Assembly: GCA_035502655.1 (NCBI GenBank)
Contig: DATJUF010000202.1
Span: 1-46,820, forward strand
Length of the DNA: 46,820 nt
Reading direction: 5' to 3'
From: Candidatus Binataceae bacterium
Lineage (GTDB): Bacteria; Desulfobacterota; Binatia; Binatales; Binataceae
Positions 20,267 through 29,493 of the stretch are shown here, in pieces (the stretch's first letter is position 1; each line of letters opens with the position of its first letter). Below the pieces are notes generated by a model, which was not told the DNA's origin, made no database searches, and saw only the letters and a list, made by a program, of their open reading frames with translations. A program made the translations under genes and the position numbers.

Positions 20267-21460
20267 CTAGCCCTTAGGCAATCCGAGCTGGCGCTCGCCG
20301 AGAATATTCCGCTGGATCTCACTGGTGCCGCCCGCGATTGTGTATTGGCGCGAGCTGAGCAGCCGGTTCGACCAGCGCGGCGCGTCCGGCACGGCGTCAG
20401 CCGCTTCGCCCAGAATCGCATAAGGGCCGAGCAACTCGCTGACAAAGTGCGCGATCCGCACACCCAATTCGGAGCCGGCGAGCTTCAAGGTCGAACCTTC
20501 CGGGCCGGGCGGCAAGCCCTTCAGGCGGCGCGTCAATGAACGCAACCGCGTGTACTTCGCCGCCTCGCATTCAATCAGGAAATTGGCCAGCTTCTGCCGC
20601 ACCCATTCATGTTCCCAGGCTGGACGCCCATCGAGCTTTATGCCATGTGCCAGTTGTGCGAGCCGCCGGACCTGAGCCGAATGGCCACCGCCGCCCGCTA
20701 TCCCGCGCTCAAAGGCCAGCGTCGTAATCGTGACCTTCCAACCCTCGTTCAGCGGCCCAACGATATTTTCTTTAGAAATCTGAACGTTGTCGAAAAAGAC
20801 TTCGTTGAAGTGATGATGCCCATTCATCACCACCAGTGGCCTTACCTCGATTCCCGGCGACTTCATGTCGTCGATAATCAGATAGCTGATGCCTTTATGC
20901 TTCGGGGCGTCCGGATCGGTCCGCGCCAGCAGGAACATCTTATCGGCGTATTGCGCGCCCGAAGTCCAGACCTTCTGTCCATTGATGATGAAATAGTCAC
21001 CCTTCAACTCGGCACGGGTCTGCAAGCTCGCCAGATCAGATCCCGCACCCGGCTCGGAATAGCCTTGGCACCAGACATCATCGGCGGGCAAAATGCGCGG
21101 CAGATATTTGCGCTTTTGCTTGGGCGTTCCCCATTGCATCAGGGTTGGCCCGAGCAGGCCGACTCCGGAGTAGCCAGGGAGAATCGGCGCGCGCGCCTTG
21201 AAATATTCCTCGTCGAAGATGATCTGGTGCATCAGATTAGACTGGCGCCCGCCGTATTCTTTCGGCCATGACAGCCCGACCCATCCGGCTTGGGCGAGCT
21301 TGTGCTGCCAAGCGCGGCGCTTCTCGAAGACCTCGCGATTCGGTGCTATCCGCTCGTCCATCGGATCATCGATACACAAATCCTGCGGGAGATTGGCAGC
21401 AAGCCAAGCGTGAACTTCTGCGCGAAAGGCTTCCTGCTCAGCCGTATATTCGAAATCCAT
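20267..21460 (-). CDS. Acyl-CoA dehydrogenase family protein
   Basis: 397 aa with an ACAD-like N-terminus (MDFEYTAEQEAFRAEV), middle domain (GYSEPGAGSDLASL, INGQKVWTS) and C-terminal IAGGTSEIQRNILGE. Confidence 0.88.
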   Translation of the reverse strand: MDFEYTAEQEAFRAEVHAWLAANLPQDLCIDDPMDERIAPNREVFEKRRAWQHKLAQAGWVGLSWPKEYGGRQSNLMHQIIFDEEYFKARAPILPGYSGVGLLGPTLMQWGTPKQKRKYLPRILPADDVWCQGYSEPGAGSDLASLQTRAELKGDYFIINGQKVWTSGAQYADKMFLLARTDPDAPKHKGISYLIIDDMKSPGIEVRPLVVMNGHHHFNEVFFDNVQISKENIVGPLNEGWKVTITTLAFERGIAGGGGHSAQVRRLAQLAHGIKLDGRPAWEHEWVRQKLANFLIECEAAKYTRLRSLTRRLKGLPPGPEGSTLKLAGSELGVRIAHFVSELLGPYAILGEAADAVPDAPRWSNRLLSSRQYTIAGGTSEIQRNILGERQLGLPKG

Positions 21461-21511
21461 GGGTCTTATCCCCGGCGCCTGCCCGAATCATTTAGCGCGC
21501 CACCGCTCGGC

Positions 21512-22630
21512 CTAGTTCAAGTTGAACATGCGCGCGGCGTTATCGAAGAAGATCTTGCGCTTCGCCTGATCCGCGATCGGCTGCTTGATCATCGCCTCGA
21601 TACCCCATGGGAAGGTGCCATCCGGATGAGGATAGTCGGTATCCCAAGTGAAGTTATTATCACCGACCAGGTCGACTGCCGCCTTCATCGTTGGTTCGTC
21701 GCCGCGAAAGGCCACGCAGACGTTATGCTTGAAATATTCGGTCGGTCGCTTGGTCAGGTATTCATGTTCGGCGTTGCCGCTGAAATCCCAGTGCTGTTCC
21801 ATCCGCTGGAGCCAGTACGGCACCCATCCGCCGTCAGCCTCGACATGCACCACTTTCAGGTCAGGGAATTTCTCGAAAACGCCGTACCAAATGAGCCCCG
21901 CCATCGCCGCCATCGCCTCGAACGGATGGGACAAAATGTGTCCGCTGACGTGAGTATCCATGCGATCACCGAATGACGGGACCGATGACGAGGCCGAATC
22001 ATGCGTCGAGATTGGCTTGCCGATCTGCTCGATCTCGTTCCACAGCGGCAGGTAGTCGTCGTGCCACAAGGAACGTCCGCTGACGGGATTCGGCCGCATG
22101 TAATAACTGACGCATCCTTTGGAGGCCGCCCGCTTGGCTTCTTTGACTGCCTCCTCGACACTCTGCATCGGCAGGATACCCGCCCATTTCAGGCGATCCG
22201 GCGCTGCTGAAGTGTAATCCGCGGCCCAATCGTTATAGGCGCGGCAGCAGGCCGCGAGCAGCTCCTCATCACGGAACTGGCGCCCGAGCATCTGCCCGGC
22301 GACGGTTGGATAGAGAATCTGGACGTCAACGCCTAGTTCGTCCATATCCTGCAACCGGCTCTGGGCGCTATAACCCGACTCCTTGGCGCGGTTGAAGCGC
22401 TCCATCGCTTTCGCGACGGCTCTAAAGAACGCCGGCGCCGCCATCGGATACTTGCCCTTTTCCCGGACGAACGATTCACCCTCGACCAGAAATGTGCGGC
22501 GATTCGATTCGGGCGCGCGCCCGACCTTGGGCGCCCGATCCTTGAAGTGGTCCTCAGTATAGCGCTCCCACAGCCATTCCGGTTCCATCATGTGGCAATC
22601 GGTATCGACGATTTTGAATCCATTGCGCAT
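21512..22630 (-). CDS. Amidohydrolase_2 family metal-dependent hydrolase/decarboxylase (ACMSD-like)
   Basis: 372 aa with the N-terminal IVDTDCHMMEP metal motif, an HD pair (STHDSAS), C-terminal WDTDYPHPDG and FFDNAARMF, typical of PF04909-type enzymes. The substrate cannot be inferred. Confidence 0.75.
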   Translation of the reverse strand: MRNGFKIVDTDCHMMEPEWLWERYTEDHFKDRAPKVGRAPESNRRTFLVEGESFVREKGKYPMAAPAFFRAVAKAMERFNRAKESGYSAQSRLQDMDELGVDVQILYPTVAGQMLGRQFRDEELLAACCRAYNDWAADYTSAAPDRLKWAGILPMQSVEEAVKEAKRAASKGCVSYYMRPNPVSGRSLWHDDYLPLWNEIEQIGKPISTHDSASSSVPSFGDRMDTHVSGHILSHPFEAMAAMAGLIWYGVFEKFPDLKVVHVEADGGWVPYWLQRMEQHWDFSGNAEHEYLTKRPTEYFKHNVCVAFRGDEPTMKAAVDLVGDNNFTWDTDYPHPDGTFPWGIEAMIKQPIADQAKRKIFFDNAARMFNLN

Positions 22631-22727
22631 CGCGCTTTCACCTCAACAATAATTTGTAATTGCCCAATCGGCCGCTCGCCTTAATAAATCTGCGCCGCCG
22701 ATTTTGTCTCAAGCTTCATCCCCGCAG

Positions 22728-23744
22728 TCATAGTTGCGGCATGATCAGGGCCTTGACGCCCTGCTTGTTGCGCAGAAGTTCGAACGCTTCAACGCCGTGA
22801 TCGAGATCAAATCGATGGGTTATCATCGGCTTCAGATCGATTGCCCCTGCCGCCGCCATCGCGATCGCCCGCCGCCAGGTTTCGGGCACGCGTACTCGGG
22901 ACGGAATGATTCTCACGCCATGAAAGAACAGCGAACGCATTTCGGTGTTCGGGATATCGCGAGCAGGCCATCCTAGCTCGACGACTTCGCCGCCACGTTT
23001 CACCAGATGGCGTACCGAATCAAGAAAGCCGGCGGCATCGAAGACCGTATCGGCACCATCTGGCATGACTGCGCGCACTTGTTCGATCCAATCGCGATCG
23101 GAAGCGCAGACCGTTTTGAAACCCATGCTGCGCGCGAGCGCCAAACGCTCATGATCAGCCGCCAATCCGGTGATGATGATATCGGTCAGGCCACTTGCGC
23201 GAGCCGCAATTGCAGCGGACAGGCCAATCGGCCCCGGCCCCTCGATCACCGCGCTGTCGCCAGCCTTGAGCGACGATTCTTCGACCGCATGAAGGCCGGT
23301 GGCGAAGGGTTCGAGCATCGCCGCCAGCTCTAGATCCATCGTTTTTGGCACTTTCCAGGAGTTCTGGACGGGCGCGATCGCATATTCGGCGAACGCTCCG
23401 CCGAGCCGTCCTGGACTCCCGCAGAAATTGAAGCGGCCAGCGAGACATGAAGAACATTTCCCGCAGGGGCCGAAGGGATCGAGCGCAACGTGGTCGCCAA
23501 CCTTGAAATCCTTTACGCCTGCGCCCACTTCAACGACTTCACCGGCTGGCTCGTGGCCGATCACGGAGGGCATGCGCGCGACCGCTCGCTCGGCGCCGAG
23601 CTCCCACAGATAGATATGCAGATCGGAGCCGCAGATGCCGCAGGCGGCAACTTTTACCAGTAGCTCACCGGGTCCCGGCTTGGGCACGGGCACGTCAACG
23701 ATCTCAACACCCAGCGCGCGGCGCGTTTTGGCAATTGCCTTCAT
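22728..23744 (-). CDS. Zinc-dependent medium-chain alcohol dehydrogenase (threonine/sorbitol DH-like)
   Basis: Catalytic Zn motifs CGICGSDLH and GHEPAGEVVEVG, a structural Zn cysteine cluster CGKCSSCLAGRFNFC, and the Rossmann motif GPGPIGL. Confidence 0.88.
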   Translation of the reverse strand: MKAIAKTRRALGVEIVDVPVPKPGPGELLVKVAACGICGSDLHIYLWELGAERAVARMPSVIGHEPAGEVVEVGAGVKDFKVGDHVALDPFGPCGKCSSCLAGRFNFCGSPGRLGGAFAEYAIAPVQNSWKVPKTMDLELAAMLEPFATGLHAVEESSLKAGDSAVIEGPGPIGLSAAIAARASGLTDIIITGLAADHERLALARSMGFKTVCASDRDWIEQVRAVMPDGADTVFDAAGFLDSVRHLVKRGGEVVELGWPARDIPNTEMRSLFFHGVRIIPSRVRVPETWRRAIAMAAAGAIDLKPMITHRFDLDHGVEAFELLRNKQGVKALIMPQL

Positions 23745-23899
23745 TCGTCTGCCTCCCCCACTTAATTACGACTGTTACCGCCTTGAGGTCAAAAGCACCG
23801 ATGCAGAAGGCGAGCGAAAAGCCGTTTTCGAAAAAGCTATCCTTAAGATGGCATTGACGCCTTGCTGCGAGCCAGCATTAAACAGCTAATGCGAATCAC

Positions 23900-25585
23900 T
23901 TAATTCCAATGGCGGATGGGCGAGCCTCGGTAACGCATCCGCGGACGGATCAAGCGGTTATCGGCATACTGTTCGAGGCTATGCGCGATCCATCCGGCGC
24001 ACCGTCCCAGGGCGAAGATTGCGGCAGGCATCCCGGGCGGCAGGCCCAGCATCCGAACACATACCGTCAAGTAAAAATCGAGGTTGGGCCGCAATCTCTG
24101 GCGTTTCCACACGGCCTCTTCAATCTTCGCCGCCATCTCGAAGATTTTGCGCCCGCGGCGGCGCGCGGTGGCGAATGCGGCTTTTTTGAGCAGGGCCGCA
24201 CGCGGATCGCCTGCCGGATAGATGCCGTGACCGAAGCCTGGCGGCAACGAGTGCCTTTCCTGGAACACTGTGACACATCGCTCAACCCTCATGCCGGCTT
24301 CGATCTGCGCAAGCATCGCCTCAATTCGATCGCACGCGCCACCGTGAATCGGACCCGAAAGCGAGCACAGTCCCGCTACCACGCAAGCGTAGAGATCAGC
24401 GCCGGTGCTGGCGACGACTCTAGCGGCAAATGTCGAGGCGTTAAGCTCATGCTCTGCGCAGGCCACCAGAACCCGATCGAGCACATCGCGATCAACTTCG
24501 GCACAGTCGCCATGATGGACCAGATCGAGCATCCGCGCTGCAATCCCGCGTTCAGTCCGCTTGCCATTGCGTCCACCCCGTGCGGAAACCTGTGATTCGG
24601 CCATATCTTTGGCTGCCGCCCTGTAGGCCGAGCTGCCGCCGAATGCGAGCGGCAAACTCCCAATAATCAGGCGGGCCTGCTCGATTCGTGAGCGTTGCTG
24701 GTGCTTGCGCTCCTCGGCCGCAATCGCCGTGATCATCACTTCCAGCCGTGGCAACGGCGGGCTGTCATCACCGATTGCGGCCAAGGCAGCCGCCGCGGCC
24801 GGCGGGAGGGTCATGGCGGCAATCTCCGTATTCAGGCTTTCGACCTCCGCCGGAGTGGGCCGCTCTCCATTCCACAACAGGAGACAAATTTCTTCAAAGG
24901 AGGCATGGCCGACCAGCTCTTCAATCGGATAGCCGCGATATGCCAGCGCACCGTCGAGAATCGAGCTCACTGCCGACTCAGCCACGATCACACCCGACGG
25001 CGACCCGTCGGTCGGCGGCTGCGCGATCGTGACCCAGGACGACGCGTCAGGCAAACTATGTGCGCGCAGGCCGCGTTCAGGTGTAACGACACCGCGTAGC
25101 GCCTCGACTTCTGAGCGCCGATAGAGCGCTTGGCGCCCGACCTTGCGGCGATAGCTCTTGAGCCATCCCCGGCTTACATAAGCATAGAGAGTCCCTAGTT
25201 TGACCCCGAGCTCAGATGCGGCCTCAGCCGCAGTAAGCATCTGCGCGCCGCTATGTGAAGGATTAGCCGCCACGGGCTGATCTGGCCATCCGGCGAGCGC
25301 GCCGTCAAGGTGCCAGGCTTGTTGCATTTGAATGGTTGATACACAGGGCCAGAGCAAATCGCCGCGGACCGCACTGGCCGGATAGCCGAAGCCGAGGCGA
25401 ATCGATCTGTTGCGGGATACCAGCGAGAGCCGCAGTCCGCGTAACAAAACGGCGCATTCGCCATAACGATCGCCGTCCGGCCGCGGCCATGCGTAGCGCG
25501 CCTCAACCGCAGCCGGCAGGTTATCGCGGCTCGGTTTGATTCCGCTATAGTGCGTTAGCAGCCGCGTTGCGTTGATCGTACTCAC
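23900..25585 (-). CDS. Excisionase/MerR-type HTH fused to a citrate-synthase-like domain
   Basis: HTH_17-like segment LTAAEAASELGVKLGTLYAYVSRGWLKSYRRKVGRQALYRRSEVEAL. It is followed by citrate-synthase-family motifs AEHELNAST, GPIHGGA, GFGHGIYPAGDPRA, NLDFY, GRCAGWIAH and LIRPR. The 25585 start is a GTG. ATG 25240 (MLTAAEAA...) would put the HTH at the extreme N-terminus, so the start is uncertain. Confidence 0.75.
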   Translation of the reverse strand: MSTINATRLLTHYSGIKPSRDNLPAAVEARYAWPRPDGDRYGECAVLLRGLRLSLVSRNRSIRLGFGYPASAVRGDLLWPCVSTIQMQQAWHLDGALAGWPDQPVAANPSHSGAQMLTAAEAASELGVKLGTLYAYVSRGWLKSYRRKVGRQALYRRSEVEALRGVVTPERGLRAHSLPDASSWVTIAQPPTDGSPSGVIVAESAVSSILDGALAYRGYPIEELVGHASFEEICLLLWNGERPTPAEVESLNTEIAAMTLPPAAAAALAAIGDDSPPLPRLEVMITAIAAEERKHQQRSRIEQARLIIGSLPLAFGGSSAYRAAAKDMAESQVSARGGRNGKRTERGIAARMLDLVHHGDCAEVDRDVLDRVLVACAEHELNASTFAARVVASTGADLYACVVAGLCSLSGPIHGGACDRIEAMLAQIEAGMRVERCVTVFQERHSLPPGFGHGIYPAGDPRAALLKKAAFATARRRGRKIFEMAAKIEEAVWKRQRLRPNLDFYLTVCVRMLGLPPGMPAAIFALGRCAGWIAHSLEQYADNRLIRPRMRYRGSPIRHWN

Positions 25586-25633
25586 GGCGATTTCGAAGAT
25601 GCGCCTAAGGGCGGCCGCAAGACAGGAGCAATA

Positions 25634-26707
25634 ATGGAATTCGGCACGCTCGTCTTCACTAAACCTCAGCGCGCGATTAGCGATACGAGGCGGCTGGAGG
25701 AACGCGGCTATCAGCGCGCGTGGTTCCCCGACTCGCAGATGATTTGGGGCGACGTATACGCCTGTATGGCGCTTGGCGCGGCCAACACCAAGACGATCCA
25801 GTTAGCGACCGGCATTTCCGTCGCTTCTAACCGTATTCCGCCAGTCACTGTCCACTCGATCGCGACGATCAATGAAATCGCGCCTGGGCGGGTGATGCTC
25901 GGCTTCGGGACCGGCCATACCGGACGCCGCGTGATGGGTATGCCGCCGGTCAAATTCGCCGATTTTCGCGAGCAGACCCGCGTGATTCGCGACTTGCTCA
26001 AAAGCGGCGAGGCCGCCTATCAAGCCGAAGGACTGACCCGCAAAATCCGCTATCTCCATCGCGATCTGCATTTCATCAACCTCGACGACCCGATTCCGCT
26101 GTACATCGCGGCCAATGGACCGAAAACGCTCGGACTAGCAGGCGAGTTCGGTGATGGAATCATCACGACGGGCGTGTTTACACCGGAACGGCTGGCCGCA
26201 GTCTTCCGCCACGCTGAAGAGGGCGCAAGGGCGGCGGGACGTCCGCTGGCAAAGAAACTGCCTTGCATCTCGCTCAGCCATATTTGCGTGTTAAAGCCAG
26301 GGGAAAAGATCGATTCGCCACGAGTGATTCAGATGGTGGGGCCATGGGTCATAACCTGCCTGCACGCAATCGCCGCGGGTTACGCGAAGCCGCGCTCATT
26401 GCCGCCAGCCGCTCGCCAAGTCTATGACGCCTATGCCGAATATATAGCCAATCTGCCCGGATTGCCTGAGGAGCGCTATCTGGAACTTCATAACGGCCAT
26501 TGCACCTTTGTCCCCGAACGCGAGAAACGCTTCGTTAATGCCGCGACTATCGCAGCGACAACGCTGGTTGCGCCGCGCGATGAAGTTATCGAACGGCTAC
26601 GCGCACTCGAGCGCGAAGGCCTGAGCGGCGTATTCCTCAATCCTCCGCTGGACGGTTTCGGGGAATACGTCGATGATTTCGCCCGCGAGGTCATCGCGCG
26701 CATGTAA
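25634..26707 (+). CDS. LLM-class (luciferase-like) flavin/F420-dependent oxidoreductase
   Basis: 357 aa. AGGAG precedes the ATG. Luciferase-like TIM-barrel features include MEFGTLVF..., RAWFPDSQMIWGDVY and LGFGTGHTGRR. FMN versus F420 cannot be decided by eye. Confidence 0.75.
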   Translation: MEFGTLVFTKPQRAISDTRRLEERGYQRAWFPDSQMIWGDVYACMALGAANTKTIQLATGISVASNRIPPVTVHSIATINEIAPGRVMLGFGTGHTGRRVMGMPPVKFADFREQTRVIRDLLKSGEAAYQAEGLTRKIRYLHRDLHFINLDDPIPLYIAANGPKTLGLAGEFGDGIITTGVFTPERLAAVFRHAEEGARAAGRPLAKKLPCISLSHICVLKPGEKIDSPRVIQMVGPWVITCLHAIAAGYAKPRSLPPAARQVYDAYAEYIANLPGLPEERYLELHNGHCTFVPEREKRFVNAATIAATTLVAPRDEVIERLRALEREGLSGVFLNPPLDGFGEYVDDFAREVIARM

Positions 26708-26984
26708 TCAAGCCCGCAAATTGCGCTCTGGATAGCTGGCTGAAGCGCAGCTAATATTCATTCAGGGGTTAATTAACGTTGATTTACGTTTCTGTGTCTA
26801 ATTTACTTCCGCTCCACGCTCCTATAAAAGCTAAATGTCCGCACGATCTGAATCCGGCTATCTTATGAATCGCGAACTTGTGGCCCGCGCCGTAACCCGG
26901 AGAAGAGTGGCGGAGTTGGCGGAGCCTGTGAGGGTGTGCGCATGCGAGTCTGCAAGCCGCTGCGCCTGAGAATCTGAGAGGACC

Positions 26985-28088
26985 ATGGCGAAGATCCGGG
27001 TTGCAATAGCCGGGGTGGGGAACTGTGCTTCTTCAATCCTCCAAGGCCTTGAATTTTATAAGCATGCACCTGCGGACGATCAGAGGCGGCCGGCCGGGTT
27101 GATGCACTATAATCTCGGCGGCTATCTGCCGAGCGATATCGAGGTGGCCTGCGCCTTCGACATCGACGCGCGCAAGGTTGGCCGTCCGCTTGAAGACGCC
27201 TGCTTCGCACTGCCGAATAACGTCCAGACCATCTGGCGCGACCTGCCCAACTATGGCGTCACGGTCGATATGGGCGAATTGCACGACGGTATCGCGCCGC
27301 ATATGGCCTCTTATCCGGCGGATCGTACGTTTGTCGTGGCTAAAGACAAGCCGGTGGATATCGAGCGGCGCCTGCGCGAGAGCGGAGCGGAAGTGATGCT
27401 TTGCTACTTGCCGGTCGGCAGCCAGAAGGCGGTTGAACGCTACGCGCGGGCTTGTTTGGAAACGGGAGTCAGCCTGCTCAACTGCATGCCCGTGTTCATC
27501 GTTTCGGACGAGAAATGGGCTGCCGAATTCACCGCACGTGGCATTCCGGCCGTCGGCGACGACGTTAAATCACAGCTCGGCTCGACGATTCTTCATCGCG
27601 CGATCATGAAGCTGTTCGCCGATCGCGGGATTAAGCTGCGCCACACTTATCAGCTCAATACCGGCGGCAACACTGATTTTCTCAACATGCTCGACCGCGC
27701 GCGGCTCGGCTCTAAGCGCAAGTCCAAGACTGAGGCGGTGCAAAGCGTCCTGCCCGAGCGGATGCCGGATATCGACGTACATATCGGCCCCTCCGACTAT
27801 GTGCCGTGGCAGAACGACAATAAGGTCTGCTTCCTGCGTATCGAGGGCGAGGGCTTCGCCGGCAATCCTATCGAATTGGAGCTGCGGATGTCGGTGCAGG
27901 ATTCACCCAACTCGGGTGGGGTGGTGATCGACGCGATCCGATGCCTGAAGCTGGCGCGCGACCGCAAGATTGGCGGCCCGCTTTATTCGATTGCCGCCTA
28001 TACGATGAAGCATCCGCCGCGCCAGATTGCCGACGATATCGCGCGCGACCGGGTCGAAAAATTCATTTCCGGCGAACTGGAGCGGTAA
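26985..28088 (+). CDS. ino1: myo-Inositol-3-phosphate (inositol-1-phosphate) synthase, prokaryotic type
   Basis: Collinear with actinobacterial/archaeal MIPS as I recall it: RVAIAGVGNCASSILQG, YLPVGS, VGDDVKSQLGSTILHR, GGNTDFLNML, HIGPSDYV, DSPNSGGVVIDAIR. Confidence 0.9.
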   Translation: MAKIRVAIAGVGNCASSILQGLEFYKHAPADDQRRPAGLMHYNLGGYLPSDIEVACAFDIDARKVGRPLEDACFALPNNVQTIWRDLPNYGVTVDMGELHDGIAPHMASYPADRTFVVAKDKPVDIERRLRESGAEVMLCYLPVGSQKAVERYARACLETGVSLLNCMPVFIVSDEKWAAEFTARGIPAVGDDVKSQLGSTILHRAIMKLFADRGIKLRHTYQLNTGGNTDFLNMLDRARLGSKRKSKTEAVQSVLPERMPDIDVHIGPSDYVPWQNDNKVCFLRIEGEGFAGNPIELELRMSVQDSPNSGGVVIDAIRCLKLARDRKIGGPLYSIAAYTMKHPPRQIADDIARDRVEKFISGELER

Positions 28089-28198
28089 CTCCGCCAGCCT
28101 GCTTCTTCCATCCATCGGCGACTTGATAAAGGCATAACTTTACACCGGCGGCCGAGCGCTTTCTTTTTTGGCTTCAGGCTGGCTAGAATCGGCTTGCG

Positions 28199-29434
28199 AT
28201 GGCGGCGCTGAAAGGTAAAACGATCGTCGTTGGAGTCAGCGGCGGAATCGCCGCATACAAAGCCGCCGAGCTGGTGCGGCTCTTGACCACTCACGGCGCG
28301 CGCGTGCGGGTGATGATGACGCGCAACGCGACAGAGTTCATCACGCCCCTGACCCTTCAGACGCTCAGTCTTAATCCTGTCGCGACCGACACCTTCAGCC
28401 TTACCCAGGAGTCGGAAATCGGCCATATCCGCCTCGCCGACAGCGCTCACGCAATAGTGATGGCTCCCGCCAGTGCCAACGTGATCGCCAAAGCGGCAAA
28501 CGGTATCGCCGACGATATCGTCACGACCGTTTTGCTGGCTGCACAATGCCCGATCGCGTTTGCCCCCGCGATGAATGTCCATATGTATGCCCATCCAACG
28601 GTGGTCGAGAATCTCGCTCGGCTGCGTGAGCGAGGCATCACGATTATCGAGCCGGGTGAAGGCGCCCTCGCCTGTGGCTACGAAGGAAAAGGCCGCCTGG
28701 TTGACCCTCCGGTAATCGTCACTGAACTCGAGCGTATGCTGACGCGGCAGGATTTGGCTGGGGAACGCCTGCTGATTACTGCGGGCCCCACGCAGGAGGC
28801 GATCGACCCGGTCCGTTTTGTCTCGAATCGCTCGACCGGCAAGATGGGCTTTGCAATCGCGCGAGCGGCAAGGCGCCGTGGCGCTGCGGTAAAGCTAATC
28901 GCCGGACCATCGTCGGTGGCGAGACCTTATGGCGTCGAGCACTTCGGCACCGTCACTGCAGCCGAGATGCTCAGCACTACCGCCAGCCACTTCCCGTGGT
29001 GTTCTGCACTGGTTATGGCTGCGGCGGTGGCCGATTTTCGCCCGCGCAATCCAGCCCCGCACAAACTCAAGAAAGATCAGCAAGGCATGCAGCTCGATTT
29101 GGCTCCGATCGCGGACGAACTGCCGCGCTTGGCCGAGCGTAAAGGCGACCGCCTGATGATAGGCTTTGCCGCCGAGACAGTAGATCTTGAGGTCAACGCC
29201 CTCGACAAGCTTCGTCGCAAGAACCTCGACATGATCGTCGGCAATGATGTCTCGCGCTCCGACGCGGGTTTCGCCGTGGATACGAATATCGTGACGATTC
29301 TGACTGCCGACGGACGGATCGAAACCACACCCAAGCTGCTCAAAGACGAAGTGGCCGATCTGATTCTCGACCGCCTCGCCGCCCTGCGCGAGGCTCGCAA
29401 AAGTCCGGCAGGGCTGCGCGTCGCCGGGTCGTAA
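28199..29434 (+). CDS. coaBC: Bifunctional phosphopantothenoylcysteine decarboxylase / phosphopantothenate-cysteine ligase
   Basis: 411 aa with the N-terminal flavoprotein motif VGVSGGIAAYKAAELVRLL and PAMN, plus a C-terminal CoaB domain (ITAGPTQEAIDPVRFVSNRSTGKMG, AAAVADFRP). Confidence 0.92.
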   Translation: MAALKGKTIVVGVSGGIAAYKAAELVRLLTTHGARVRVMMTRNATEFITPLTLQTLSLNPVATDTFSLTQESEIGHIRLADSAHAIVMAPASANVIAKAANGIADDIVTTVLLAAQCPIAFAPAMNVHMYAHPTVVENLARLRERGITIIEPGEGALACGYEGKGRLVDPPVIVTELERMLTRQDLAGERLLITAGPTQEAIDPVRFVSNRSTGKMGFAIARAARRRGAAVKLIAGPSSVARPYGVEHFGTVTAAEMLSTTASHFPWCSALVMAAAVADFRPRNPAPHKLKKDQQGMQLDLAPIADELPRLAERKGDRLMIGFAAETVDLEVNALDKLRRKNLDMIVGNDVSRSDAGFAVDTNIVTILTADGRIETTPKLLKDEVADLILDRLAALREARKSPAGLRVAGS

Positions 29435-29493
29435 TTAGCACATCATGGCCGGCGCCGCGTGCACTTCAGAAGACCTCACCTGGAGGAGACGGA

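Noticed and set aside
26865-26969. 34-codon upstream ORF (MNRELVARAVTRRRVAELAEPVRVCACESASRCA) ending 15 nt before the ino1 ATG.
   Set aside because: There is no Shine-Dalgarno sequence, no leader-peptide-like codon runs, and an open frame of this length is expected by chance in GC-rich DNA.
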